Virus record (IMG/VR): IMGVR_UViG_3300050138_000012
Location: 1 to 56,317 of that record
Strand: one strand, 5' to 3'
DNA from: a virus
Taxonomy: Duplodnaviria; Caudoviricetes
DNA length: 56,317 bases
The position numbers were made by a program, and so were the translations under genes. Within the stretch, counting starts at the first letter, position 1. Each line of letters begins with the position of its first letter. Positions 36,968-45,483 of this stretch are shown one piece after another. The notes beneath the pieces were generated by a model. That model made no database searches and was not told where the DNA came from. It saw only the letters and a list, made by a program, of their open reading frames with translations.

Positions 36968-37216
36968 TTAAGCAGCAGTGGTTGTAGTAGCAGTCAAAGG
37001 CGCTACAGTCGCCGGAGCTTTTGTAGGAGCTACCGCAGCAGCCACTTTCTTATCGATCAAGGCTTCAATCAGAGCCAATGCATCAGCAGAAAGTGAAGCA
37101 TTAGGGTTTTTAGCAAGTGTCTTAATACGAGCTACGAGAAACGAACCACCTACTTCAGCGATAGTGCCCAGTGCAAAGTACAGAGCGTGGTCGAGTGTGA
37201 GAATAGAGTCAAGCAT
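36968..37216 (-). CDS. Small membrane-associated protein in lysis cassette
   Basis: AAGGA RBS; hydrophobic N-terminus, Ala/Thr tail. Confidence 0.6.
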   Translation of the reverse strand: MLDSILTLDHALYFALGTIAEVGGSFLVARIKTLAKNPNASLSADALALIEALIDKKVAAAVAPTKAPATVAPLTATTTTAA

Positions 37217-37227
37217 TATATTTATCC

Positions 37228-37605
37228 TTAGTGTTGTATTGTTAGAGTGAAAGTATCAGGAAGTGTATCGTTTAAATGGGCTAGTGCAGCTACAGATGAA
37301 TAGACGCCTTGAGTGCTTTGTATCATGCCAACCAGTATACAACCTAAAGTATCTTTAAGCGTATTACCAGTGTGTATCAATACATTAGAGCGATTAGGGA
37401 CGTCATTAACTTGCCATGTATTCGGATGGTCGCTAGAATTGTGTCGAGTACAGGTATAAGTGCCCTCAGGAATGCAGGATTCATCAGGTGTGTTATCTTC
37501 CCATGGAAGTTCTTCTGTATAGCACAGAAAGGTGATTCCATTGTAAAGACTACCATGAGTTCCGTTGGCATCTTGCGAGGTTCGCTGTAACGTTACACTT
37601 ACCAA
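37228..37605 (-). CDS. DUF5675-family protein, probable endolysin
   Basis: CYTEELPW..N....SCIPEGTY, VPNRS.VLIH.GN...DT.GCILVG; GGAG RBS before TTG 37605; upstream of holin/spanin candidates. Confidence 0.75.
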   Translation of the reverse strand: MVSVTLQRTSQDANGTHGSLYNGITFLCYTEELPWEDNTPDESCIPEGTYTCTRHNSSDHPNTWQVNDVPNRSNVLIHTGNTLKDTLGCILVGMIQSTQGVYSSVAALAHLNDTLPDTFTLTIQH

Positions 37606-37606
37606 T

Positions 37607-37912
37607 TTATGCCAACTCCACAATCGCTTGAGAATAGAGTTCATTCTTAGCCATCTCTAATGCACCGAGCACAGGAATCAACTCAATGTTCCCAGCCCAG
37701 ACGATCTCTGGATAATTGTCTTCATTAAATACCACAGCAACAAACCCTTTAGGGCTATTGTGCAGCATTTGTAAAAAGACTTCAAATCCACTATCCATCA
37801 GTTCTTGAGCAGTAGGTTCAGCTTCTTCAAGATTCTTAGCACCCTTTTTAGGGGTAAAGACACGAATATTAGATGGCTGGGTTAAATCCAGCTCTGTTGT
37901 TTCTTCATTCAT
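37607..37912 (-). CDS. Hypothetical protein
   Basis: ORF with coupled start/stop. Confidence 0.65.
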   Translation of the reverse strand: MNEETTELDLTQPSNIRVFTPKKGAKNLEEAEPTAQELMDSGFEVFLQMLHNSPKGFVAVVFNEDNYPEIVWAGNIELIPVLGALEMAKNELYSQAIVELA

Positions 37913-38070
37913 TACTTAGACTTCTTTCCTTTAGGTGAACCTTTGCCTTTGTATCCATTAGCATAAGCAGCAGCACCTTGTTTAGCAGCCTTAGCTTTGG
38001 CTCCTTTACCTTTATAGACCTTGCCTTTACCGCCCCATTGAAAGCCACCGCCTTCTGAGTGTACAGGCAT
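37912..38070 (-). CDS. Small Lys/Gly-rich basic protein (52 aa)
   Basis: MPVHSEGGGFQWGGKGKVYKGKGAKAKAAKQGAAAYANGY; start trimmed from track ORF 37912..38241. Confidence 0.65.
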   Translation of the reverse strand: MPVHSEGGGFQWGGKGKVYKGKGAKAKAAKQGAAAYANGYKGKGSPKGKKSK

Positions 38071-38074
38071 AGTC

Positions 38075-38410
38075 TTACATCCACCGCTGGTGAATAGGGA
38101 ACGAATTGAATGAAGTAGAGCCCGTTTGAGAACGGAGAATTGGGTTGCGATTGACAGTCCTTTTAGTGACGGTTTTCGTTTCGGTGTATACAATAGGAGC
38201 TGCTTCCTGCATTGCTGCAAATGTGGTTTTAGTTGGAACATGGGCTGTCTGCTTAGTCACGAATTTAACAGGCATATATTCACCTTTAAACCGACGACCA
38301 TTGGCAGCCTTACGAGCTGCACTACGTGTTGCGTAGGCAAAGGTAGGATAGATCTTACCAGTTACTTTGCTCTTGAGAACCCATTTTGTAGCGGTGTTAG
38401 TCTTTGTCAT
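38075..38410 (-). CDS. Basic hypothetical protein
   Basis: ORF with AAGGA RBS in packed chain. Confidence 0.6.
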   Translation of the reverse strand: MTKTNTATKWVLKSKVTGKIYPTFAYATRSAARKAANGRRFKGEYMPVKFVTKQTAHVPTKTTFAAMQEAAPIVYTETKTVTKRTVNRNPILRSQTGSTSFNSFPIHQRWM

Positions 38411-38412
38411 TA

Positions 38413-38559
38413 TTACTTCTTTCCTTTAGGGATACCGGCATGTACAGTACCGCCCTTTTTATAAGCAGGGGTATTAGCATCGGCTTCTACAGCTGCACCT
38501 TTATTCTTATCTTGAGGCTTCTTGCCTTTGCTTTCTTTGGATTTATCTCCGCGTGCCAT
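38413..38559 (-). CDS. Small basic protein with YKKGG motif (48 aa)
   Basis: MARGDKSKESKGKKPQDKNKGAAVEADANTPAYKKGGTVHAGIPKGKK fills the gap exactly. Confidence 0.6.
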   Translation of the reverse strand: MARGDKSKESKGKKPQDKNKGAAVEADANTPAYKKGGTVHAGIPKGKK

Positions 38560-38561
38560 TG

Positions 38562-38855
38562 TTATTTCTTTCTTTTGTTAGCAGGTTTAGTACCTGTGAT
38601 TTCAGTATCGCCACCCTTAGAGTCTCTCGCATAAGAGCGATTAGCAGATTTAGATTGTACTCTTAGGTTGCCAGCACCATTGCCAGCAGCGACCCCATGT
38701 TTGTGGTCTACGTCCTTACCGTCGCCTTTATGAACACGACCAGCTTTTTCAAGCTTGGAACGAGCTGCATTGCGTTTAGCTCTAGCTTTCTTTTGCTTTT
38801 CCGAGCCTTGGTAGGAATCGTATTCATTTCTATAATTACGTGGTTTATCAGTCAT
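38562..38855 (-). CDS. HNH-like endonuclease
   Basis: RNYR.EY, RAKRNAAR, GKDVDH...N...NLRV....NRS. Confidence 0.75.
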   Translation of the reverse strand: MTDKPRNYRNEYDSYQGSEKQKKARAKRNAARSKLEKAGRVHKGDGKDVDHKHGVAAGNGAGNLRVQSKSANRSYARDSKGGDTEITGTKPANKRKK

Positions 38856-39091
38856 TAGGCAACTGCCGCTTCATTAACTTCTTCTACCACAGCATCTACT
38901 ACGGCAGGAGTTTCCACAGCAGCGGGTAACTCAACAGGATAGGCAATAGTTGCCATCGACTGAGCAGCCGCAATAATTTGGATTTGCGATTCTGCATTAC
39001 CCCATACCAGATTACCACCGTTAGTATTAGCGATCATACCAGTTACGATAGAGCAGAACAGCTTGAATCGCTTTTCATCATTATTCATCAT
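38855..39091 (-). CDS. Hypothetical protein
   Basis: AAGGA RBS, coupled chain. Confidence 0.6.
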   Translation of the reverse strand: MMNNDEKRFKLFCSIVTGMIANTNGGNLVWGNAESQIQIIAAAQSMATIAYPVELPAAVETPAVVDAVVEEVNEAAVA

Positions 39092-39254
39092 TATTTTCCT
39101 TACAGTCTTCGATTGCCAATTCCGCTACTTCAATGACCTTAGGGTATTCGCCCTTCACATCATCAGCTCGGCCAGCTCTACGAGCAGCATCTTCTTTAGG
39201 CATTTCAGTTGGGTTAAAGGTATTCTCTTTACTCCCACCACTCTTCTTTCTCAT
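39081..39254 (-). CDS. Small hypothetical protein (57 aa)
   Basis: GAGGA RBS; MRKKSGGSKENTFNP...; fills gap. Confidence 0.5.
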   Translation of the reverse strand: MRKKSGGSKENTFNPTEMPKEDAARRAGRADDVKGEYPKVIEVAELAIEDCKENNDE

Positions 39255-39257
39255 TAT

Positions 39258-39557
39258 TTAGTTTCCTCTTGGTGCTTTAAATTTTGGAATATGTCCAGTT
39301 TGAGTTTCAGTACGCACATTAATGGATAGGTGCGCTGTTTCCGTTAGCGTATTAGCGTTTACATTGCGGTCAAATATTTCTGGAAGCTCTCCTGCAGATT
39401 TCTCTACAATATCTGTATGCCTATCCGTAATACGCCAATGCTGGACACCACCAATCCATGACTTCGCTTCTTCTCTTGTTGGTTTAAAGGTTTCGATCCA
39501 ACGACTTTCGTCAGAATATCTCTCAACAGTAAAACGGTTCTCAATTGCTGTGTCCAT
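39258..39557 (-). CDS. Hypothetical protein
   Basis: ORF directly downstream of consensus promoter. Confidence 0.65.
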   Translation of the reverse strand: MDTAIENRFTVERYSDESRWIETFKPTREEAKSWIGGVQHWRITDRHTDIVEKSAGELPEIFDRNVNANTLTETAHLSINVRTETQTGHIPKFKAPRGN

Positions 39558-39562
39558 ATCTT

Positions 39563-39591
39563 ATTATACCTTATATTATTGAGTTTGTCAA
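39563..39591 (-). promoter_or_regulatory. sigma70-type promoter driving small-basic-protein and lysis genes
   Basis: TTGACA-17-TATAAT. Confidence 0.8.
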
Positions 39592-39596
39592 GTAGT

Positions 39597-40397
39597 CTAT
39601 AGATAGTTTTTTAATAGCCTTTCGATGCTTATCTCTTCTAGATCGTAGTCTCCTTTGAAGACATCGTGCTTGTGACACAACCCACTGAAGTATAATTTAT
39701 CGACTTGGGGACCGGCAAAACCTTTATACTCGGGGTCGAGGAGGCATCCAGCGACCAAACCACGAATACGCGTACCATCAGGTTTAGTAAGGGAAGCAGA
39801 ATCAAGGACGTGAGTGTGGCCCATGGTTCCCGAAACCCCTTTCTTAGCAAGAATTGCCTTAGCGTTAGGGACAGGGCGACCAAGCACCCCACTAGCCCAG
39901 TAGTGAGTATAGCTAACTCCATCAACAGTGATCCAATCCATAAAATCTGTTACAACTTCATTAATGGGCTGCCTTGTCTTAAAGGCATCCATATTAATAG
40001 TCTTAGACGCCCAACGCGGTTCATAGTCCAAGAGCTTCTTTAAACGATACTCATGATTGCCAATTAGCTTAACATAGAGGGGATTGTATTGTGCCTTCTT
40101 TAGTTTGGCTAGATTCTTATTCAAAGCTAAGAGAGGGGCGAATAGTGCTTCTTCAGCTGTGTGGTATGATTCAATATCATCCTGTACATTCTGAAATACG
40201 AACTCTTTCTTACCAGCATCGTAAGAAGATAGGGAGCCGAAGTCAATGAAGTCCCCTAGCTGTACGATAACAGGGGGTTGATGGGTTATGATATAATTCC
40301 CAACAGCTGTATAGCGCCTTAGATTGTCGCCTTTATAGGTGTGGCTGTCGGGAATAATTAAATGGTCACGTGGTTCAATATGGTTTAGAATTTGCAA
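39597..40397 (-). CDS. Calcineurin-like metallophosphoesterase
   Basis: IPDSH, LGDFID, GNHE, GHTH motifs all intact. Confidence 0.9.
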   Translation of the reverse strand: MQILNHIEPRDHLIIPDSHTYKGDNLRRYTAVGNYIITHQPPVIVQLGDFIDFGSLSSYDAGKKEFVFQNVQDDIESYHTAEEALFAPLLALNKNLAKLKKAQYNPLYVKLIGNHEYRLKKLLDYEPRWASKTINMDAFKTRQPINEVVTDFMDWITVDGVSYTHYWASGVLGRPVPNAKAILAKKGVSGTMGHTHVLDSASLTKPDGTRIRGLVAGCLLDPEYKGFAGPQVDKLYFSGLCHKHDVFKGDYDLEEISIERLLKNYL

Positions 40398-40408
40398 TAT
40401 TTAATACC

Positions 40409-40741
40409 TTATTTTATAAGTTTTAATAGTCGTTTAAAAAACCTAGGATTATCCCTAATGAAGGCAATAAGACCATTAGTCATGGCAAGCACGATCTTCT
40501 CTTCTTCTTTTTCTTTGTAGATGAGACCGCGTTCAGTAAATATTGCGTGAATGATCTCATGCAGAACAGTATTGCCTTTTTCTAAAGGAGCCATGCCTGT
40601 CTTAATTCTTATCCAGCCCTTCTCATAGTCATGAGCGAACTCTTTTAAACATACCCCCTGCTCATCCTTAAGCATCTTATTAAAGGATATTATGTAGTCT
40701 CTAGCTCCTATTCGAAGCGTAGCTTTCCGATCTGCTCTCAT
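40409..40741 (-). CDS. Small HExxH zinc-peptidase-like protein
   Basis: NTVLHEIIHAI...EEKIV...DNP. Confidence 0.7.
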   Translation of the reverse strand: MRADRKATLRIGARDYIISFNKMLKDEQGVCLKEFAHDYEKGWIRIKTGMAPLEKGNTVLHEIIHAIFTERGLIYKEKEEEKIVLAMTNGLIAFIRDNPRFFKRLLKLIK

Positions 40742-40772
40742 CTTCTCACTCCCTACGTTAGCAGCCTAATCT

Positions 40773-41447
40773 TCATCCTCGTTCGAACGCTCGAATAAAT
40801 AAACGGCATAGCCCGCTCCTAACACAATCATCGCTGCTGAAGCGAACTGAACCAATGCTATTAGCAAGCTCTTCATTCTCTACATCCTCTAATAAGTATT
40901 CTAGATACTCTAGTCCCGACTGCTCATTATTCTTCAAATCGCACTGAAAGGTATCCCCATTGATAACAGTTTTAGAATCCTTACCAAGTCTCGTAACAAA
41001 GGCAATAGCCTCTGCCTTAGTGCAATTCTGTGCTTCGTCCAATATAATAAAGGCATTATCAAATGTAAGCCCTCTGATAAGGTCAAGGGATGTGACCTGT
41101 AGTTTGCCATTCTTCACCATGCAATCGACTTCACCCTTAGACAAGAACTGCTCGATAACAGATATCACAGGTCTAGCCCAAGGTTCTAATTTCTCTTCTA
41201 GAGTTCCTGGCAAGAAGCCAACACCTTTGCCAACAGGCACATTAGGCCTAACGACGATGATCTTATCGACTACACCAGTATGGTAGAAGTAGGCTGCGTA
41301 GGCAGCTGGAATAAAGGTTTTACCTGTGCCAGCAGATCCAGTGACGATTGTCATCTCTTTAGAACAGATGGCTTGCACAAGATCAAACTGATGCTTTGTT
41401 AATGGTTTTGGTAAGTGAAAGGATTTAGTCTGTGGTTTTTTACCCAT
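40773..41447 (-). CDS. phoH: PhoH-family ATPase
   Basis: GSAGTGKT, GFLPGTLEEK, RGLTF, ILDEAQN, TRLG, GD..Q.D. Confidence 0.95.
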   Translation of the reverse strand: MGKKPQTKSFHLPKPLTKHQFDLVQAICSKEMTIVTGSAGTGKTFIPAAYAAYFYHTGVVDKIIVVRPNVPVGKGVGFLPGTLEEKLEPWARPVISVIEQFLSKGEVDCMVKNGKLQVTSLDLIRGLTFDNAFIILDEAQNCTKAEAIAFVTRLGKDSKTVINGDTFQCDLKNNEQSGLEYLEYLLEDVENEELANSIGSVRFSSDDCVRSGLCRLFIRAFERG

Positions 41448-41453
41448 GCTCTA

Positions 41454-41483
41454 ATTATACCATACTTAGAGTCTGTATGTCAA
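41454..41483 (-). promoter_or_regulatory. sigma70-type promoter for phoH
   Basis: TTGACA-18-TATAAT, ATG 6 nt downstream. Confidence 0.75.
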
Positions 41484-41488
41484 GCATT

Positions 41489-41626
41489 TTAGCAATGAGT
41501 CACCACTCTTTTCTTTGCAATCTTTAACTTCTTCATCAGAAGATCTGGTTTAGGCACTACTGCCTTCATTAAGAAGTGGGTTAAGTTAGCCCGATTTGGG
41601 TCGGGTCGAGGTTTTTTAATCAGCAT
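41489..41626 (-). CDS. Small basic hypothetical protein (45 aa)
   Basis: GGAGG RBS; MLIKKPRPDPNRANL... Confidence 0.5.
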   Translation of the reverse strand: MLIKKPRPDPNRANLTHFLMKAVVPKPDLLMKKLKIAKKRVVTHC

Positions 41627-41785
41627 CGTGAAGACCTCCAAATATTAGATAAATTTACATAGGCCAGTTTGCCTGTGTATCGCAGCTCTATAGTGTAGGA
41701 TTCACCGTTACGGTCTATGATTGTACCAAAGTCTGAGATACCCACTTGTGGTACACTACAGTATACAAACTCTCCGATAGCGTAT

Positions 41786-42091
41786 TCATCGGGTGCGGTC
41801 GTCCTCTCCAATATCTCTGGCTTGGTAGGTGATGAGGAAGGCGACGCATGCAAGGGCATGGTAAAGATGGGGGAGCTTGCTTTCTTCGTCAAGGTCTTTT
41901 CCTGACCAGAAAGCCCAGAGGTGTCGCATAGCTGCTCCGAAGAGCCGATGCCATTGCATTCCTTTGAGCCAATTATGATCCCCGTATTTGACAGCTCCAT
42001 AGGTAAGGACATCTCCGAGCGCTTGAATAGTCTCTGGAGGAATAAGATCCAGCCGACTCTTGGCTTGGTCATATTTTACTCCTTCATTCAT
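41786..42091 (-). CDS. dATP/dGTP diphosphohydrolase domain protein (DUF5664)
   Basis: GVKYD..K.RLDLIP, GAVKYGDHNW.KG, AAMRH, DEES.LPHL.HA. Confidence 0.9.
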   Translation of the reverse strand: MNEGVKYDQAKSRLDLIPPETIQALGDVLTYGAVKYGDHNWLKGMQWHRLFGAAMRHLWAFWSGKDLDEESKLPHLYHALACVAFLITYQARDIGEDDRTR

Positions 42092-42324
42092 TTCATACTT
42101 ACTCTAGTTTGTGTTTTCGGCAAAGGATCGTTTCCAAACGCACGGATGGTCATTTCCGAGATCATCCTGGCTTTGAACATCTGGTACATTTCTTCAACAG
42201 AATTGGCATAGGTTGTTACTTTACCTGCTTCGTCAATAGAAGATCTATCGAATTGGCGGAAGTATCGTTCCCAATCTTCCCCTTGTTGGTTAGCGTACAT
42301 TTCTTCTCTCCTAATATAAATCAA
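42088..42324 (-). CDS. Hypothetical protein
   Basis: Coupled ORF, GGAG RBS. Confidence 0.6.
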   Translation of the reverse strand: MIYIRREEMYANQQGEDWERYFRQFDRSSIDEAGKVTTYANSVEEMYQMFKARMISEMTIRAFGNDPLPKTQTRVSMK

Positions 42325-42857
42325 TCAGCAAAGTTTATCTCCTTAGGGAAATTGAAACCATGCGTAACCCACATACCAGCAAACCAAGGCTTCCCTTTAA
42401 AGGTTCCATCAGGAAACTCAAAGTCTATCCGTTTAGGAAGCACTACTATTTCCACTCCGTGCGCCCTATACAGACTTTGCCTTTTCTTTCCTTCCAAGGC
42501 CGCAAAAGGCAGGAGTAGTGCAAAGGGTTTATTATACTCATAACACTTAGCCAGAAACTGGTCTTTAAGCGAGAATGGGGGATTGGTAATGATATAATCG
42601 AAGTTCTCCACGGGCCCTGTAGTCTCAAGGAAGTCTACTCCTGTCATTATGTCTGTACCAATACACGACTGGTTCATGGCTTTAAGTGCTTCTACTATTC
42701 GCCCTCTGCCACATGCTGGCTCCCATACAATGCCATTTAAAGGCTTAGGGAGGGCATTGAGAAGGCTTATTACAGGCCATCTGGGTGTTTGAAGGTTATC
42801 TGAATGGTTGCGCCCCATGCGGGCTAGAATACCTTGTGGTTTAGAAACCAGTGTCAT
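42321..42857 (-). CDS. DNA N6-adenine (or N4-cytosine) methyltransferase
   Basis: WEPACGRG (motif I) and ITNPPF (motif IV). Confidence 0.85.
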   Translation of the reverse strand: MTLVSKPQGILARMGRNHSDNLQTPRWPVISLLNALPKPLNGIVWEPACGRGRIVEALKAMNQSCIGTDIMTGVDFLETTGPVENFDYIITNPPFSLKDQFLAKCYEYNKPFALLLPFAALEGKKRQSLYRAHGVEIVVLPKRIDFEFPDGTFKGKPWFAGMWVTHGFNFPKEINFAD

Positions 42858-43080
42858 TACCGAATAGGCCTTTTAAAAATCTACTGACTGAACGCTCTTT
42901 AGGCGTTTTCTTCATAGTGTCAAGCAAACTGTTCATCTCTAGTTTAAGAGAGACCAAGTTCACGCTGTAGTCACCGTTCATAAAGTTACTAAGTACGGGA
43001 TAATCGGGAAAGAACCTACATCCCTCACTCTTAAGTGGTGCTAAGCCTAAGTCTCCACCATGATCAATCACTCTTCCCAC
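42841..43080 (-). CDS. Hypothetical protein
   Basis: ORF fills gap; exact start uncertain. Confidence 0.45.
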   Translation of the reverse strand: MGRVIDHGGDLGLAPLKSEGCRFFPDYPVLSNFMNGDYSVNLVSLKLEMNSLLDTMKKTPKERSVSRFLKGLFGNDTGF

Positions 43081-43235
43081 TCCACTTGATAATCAATTTC
43101 TGTATCTCCTCCAGTATCTTTCCAGTGATTATCTGGACTGGTCTTAGCTTTCTCCAAAGCTGCTTCTTCAGACTTAGCTGTAATTTCTATAGTCTCTACA
43201 GAATACCAGCCTCTGCTAATACAATACTTCGGCAT
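43068..43235 (-). CDS. Small hypothetical protein
   Basis: GGAGG RBS before ATG 43235; I.A.SEE.A...A motif. Confidence 0.6.
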   Translation of the reverse strand: MPKYCISRGWYSVETIEITAKSEEAALEKAKTSPDNHWKDTGGDTEIDYQVEWEE

Positions 43236-43498
43236 TAGTCTTCCTCCGCGATGTCGTCCCAAGGGAGCTTATCATCGTCCTCGAAATCCAATTCTTCCAT
43301 CTCAAGATTATCCTCAGCAAGGTATTCCTCCAAGTCTTCATCCAAAGCTTCTGCTGCGATCTCTTTCATTTCATCTATATTCTTGCTATCAAGCACCTCG
43401 TATAGCGCATTTGTAAGTCGCATGATCTGCTCATTCGCAGTCTCTACGAATTCTTTAACAGCTTTTACACTGCGAAAGTCAACAATCGCATTTGTCAT
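43235..43498 (-). CDS. Acidic hypothetical protein
   Basis: GGGAG RBS before ATG 43498; strongly acidic C-terminal half. Confidence 0.65.
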   Translation of the reverse strand: MTNAIVDFRSVKAVKEFVETANEQIMRLTNALYEVLDSKNIDEMKEIAAEALDEDLEEYLAEDNLEMEELDFEDDDKLPWDDIAEED

Positions 43499-43517
43499 TA
43501 GTCTCTCCCTATTGTAA

Positions 43518-43733
43518 TTATATTTGAGGTACGCGCATAACTGCGTTCGACCTAACATTCCAAAACATTCTGCCTGAGAATTGCTCGTCCGGTTCTAACC
43601 AAGCTTTAAACTTGATAAAGCCACGTGTATGATAGTAATGCATAAGCGCATCCACAATCGCCTGAGCCGCTTCACGATCTTCATAATAGTCCGGCTGTGA
43701 TCTAGTACCATTAAACATTACTACATTACTCAT
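43518..43733 (-). CDS. Hypothetical protein
   Basis: Coupled ORF. Confidence 0.6.
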   Translation of the reverse strand: MSNVVMFNGTRSQPDYYEDREAAQAIVDALMHYYHTRGFIKFKAWLEPDEQFSGRMFWNVRSNAVMRVPQI

Positions 43734-44091
43734 CTGTTGATTGTTTCTTCTCTCCGAACTTTGTAAATCTTGCCTTACGGCCTTTTAATATATCTTTCAT
43801 AAGATGAAAGCATTCATAGACCAAATCTGAATCTAGTCCTGCCCTGTCACAGCAATCGATAAAGTCTTGATTATCTTGCTTTAACCATTTTGCGACATCA
43901 GCTCTAACACGTTCAACACTGGAGAACGAATCTATTAAAGCCCTATCGAGGACAGCTCTGTGAAGCTTAAATTCCTTTAGGCCTTCAGAGCTTTGATCAT
44001 CCACATCCATTTTCTGAAACAGACCTGTCTTTGCAAGTCTGGTTAAAGACATATTATCTTGTAGCTCTTTAAGTAGCGTCGGCGGGAACAT
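43726..44091 (-). CDS. Hypothetical protein
   Basis: L.RAVLDRALID...W.....DF..CCD.AGLD pattern common in phage proteins. Confidence 0.7.
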   Translation of the reverse strand: MFPPTLLKELQDNMSLTRLAKTGLFQKMDVDDQSSEGLKEFKLHRAVLDRALIDSFSSVERVRADVAKWLKQDNQDFIDCCDRAGLDSDLVYECFHLMKDILKGRKARFTKFGEKKQSTDE

Positions 44092-44284
44092 CTGTGGCTA
44101 CCATATGCTGATAAAGTTCATCTTGAAATTCAGTTAATTTAAATCGGCAACTACTCATCATACACTCTCTAGCAACATCACCAATAGGCTTATTTAACTT
44201 AGTTGATAGCCTCTTAAGTTCTGTCAGCTCATCAGGCGTTATATCAAGCTCGACTGTCGCCATGAAGTTCACTGTGGTTGTCAT
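44069..44284 (-). CDS. Small putative DNA-binding (ribbon-helix-helix-like) protein
   Basis: GAGG RBS; V.LDITPDEL..LKRL......GDVARE; first gene after a promoter. Confidence 0.5.
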   Translation of the reverse strand: MTTTVNFMATVELDITPDELTELKRLSTKLNKPIGDVARECMMSSCRFKLTEFQDELYQHMVATDVPADAT

Positions 44285-44319
44285 TACTGCCTCAGTTAGT
44301 ATTTCTAGTTTATATAACT

Positions 44320-44348
44320 ATTATACTATGACTATAGTAAATTGTCAA
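44320..44348 (-). promoter_or_regulatory. sigma70-type promoter
   Basis: TTGACA-17-TATAAT. Confidence 0.8.
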
Positions 44349-44575
44349 ACATAGATTTGACGCCTCATCCATCTCCAAAGATCGTCCGGTTGGAGTGTGG
44401 TTCCGTAAATTCTAAAATGGATCGCAGGGTCTCGCGTATAACTAGCACTGTAAATCTTTTTTCGGAAGTGTCGAAATAGCGGCATGTTAGGAAATGGTCG
44501 CCTATAGTGGTATGCCTTGACACACTCATTAAAGAAGTGGTATTCAATACTTTCCTTAGGCAGAGTCACTTTCAT
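44345..44575 (-). CDS. Hypothetical protein
   Basis: AGGAG RBS. Confidence 0.55.
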   Translation of the reverse strand: MKVTLPKESIEYHFFNECVKAYHYRRPFPNMPLFRHFRKKIYSASYTRDPAIHFRIYGTTLQPDDLWRWMRRQIYV

Positions 44576-44996
44576 GCTTGCTCCTATAGTAGCGTCCTAA
44601 AATATTCGAATTGTAGTATTTGTACTCTCCGGTAGGTAGCCGAGAATAAAGCACGTCATTTAAAAACAATGCCTTAGTCTCGGCATAATTTACCTGCGCT
44701 CGTGTTTTGAACACTTCGAGTATTTCAAATCGAAATGAATCTTTGCCATACTTCTGGATTTCTGCATTCAGGTCATCTGAGCTACCAGTATAGTATCTCC
44801 AATCGCTTTCAGAAACAACAAGCTTGCGGCGTTTCTTGCCTTTAACTTTACGCCGATTCTTGGCATAAAAGTACTTACGACCAATATATGAACGGTCAGA
44901 CAAGACGTGTGTAATGCGATAAATGAATCCCGCTAAACCCACGGGGGTAAATCCAGCCGGTAATCCAGTCCATTCAACACACGTCTTAGTCTTCAC
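44556..44996 (-). CDS. GIY-YIG (Seg-like) endonuclease
   Basis: GFIY.IT......YIGRK, ESDWRYYTGSS, FRFEIL, YYNSNI. Confidence 0.85.
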   Translation of the reverse strand: MKTKTCVEWTGLPAGFTPVGLAGFIYRITHVLSDRSYIGRKYFYAKNRRKVKGKKRRKLVVSESDWRYYTGSSDDLNAEIQKYGKDSFRFEILEVFKTRAQVNYAETKALFLNDVLYSRLPTGEYKYYNSNILGRYYRSKHESDSA

Positions 44997-45102
44997 GTTA
45001 ACCTTAATAAGAGTAGCCTTGTCTATCTAGACGGGTGGAGGGTCTAGCTTCGTCCATAGCTTTGGAAAGACTTGGCACGTTATCGTTATTAGGGATTCGA
45101 GA

Positions 45103-45321
45103 TTAGGCAGCAAGCATCTTGTTAACTGCCGATGCTACATCAGCCAGTTCGATAGTCATGCCACTACGCAGGGTAACGGTGGTGCGATGGCGGGGATAGC
45201 CAAGGCGGTTAGATGCACGGACGCTATCGATTGCGTCAGCACGTACCGAGATCGTTTGCTCAACGAGACCGGTTTTGCCCTTGTTCTTGAAAACGCGGGT
45301 GAGTGTGAGGAACTTAGCCAT
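45103..45321 (-). CDS. Small protein with FlbD-like pattern
   Basis: AGGAG RBS; F.TLT...ISVRADAI..V...TTVTL.SG..IE......V; codon usage like capsid gene. Confidence 0.6.
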   Translation of the reverse strand: MAKFLTLTRVFKNKGKTGLVEQTISVRADAIDSVRASNRLGYPRHRTTVTLRSGMTIELADVASAVNKMLAA

Positions 45322-45483
45322 TGTTTAGTACTCCTATTTAGATTTAAATAATAGAGACAATCCCTATTACTTAGAAACTATACAATCTAAAATTGCTCCT
45401 CCCTCAATAACAGTGCCCTATTCTCCATAGGCGCAAGATTGCGAAGTAGTATTAGACAGTATAGTATTAGAGGCTTTCGACCT

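Noticed and set aside
41786-42091. 2-aminoadenine (Z) genome pathway
   Set aside because: DUF5664 is present but no PurZ-like gene is visible in the window; insufficient alone
42321-44996. Restriction-modification system (MTase plus GIY-YIG)
   Set aside because: Genes are not adjacent; both are common stand-alone phage genes
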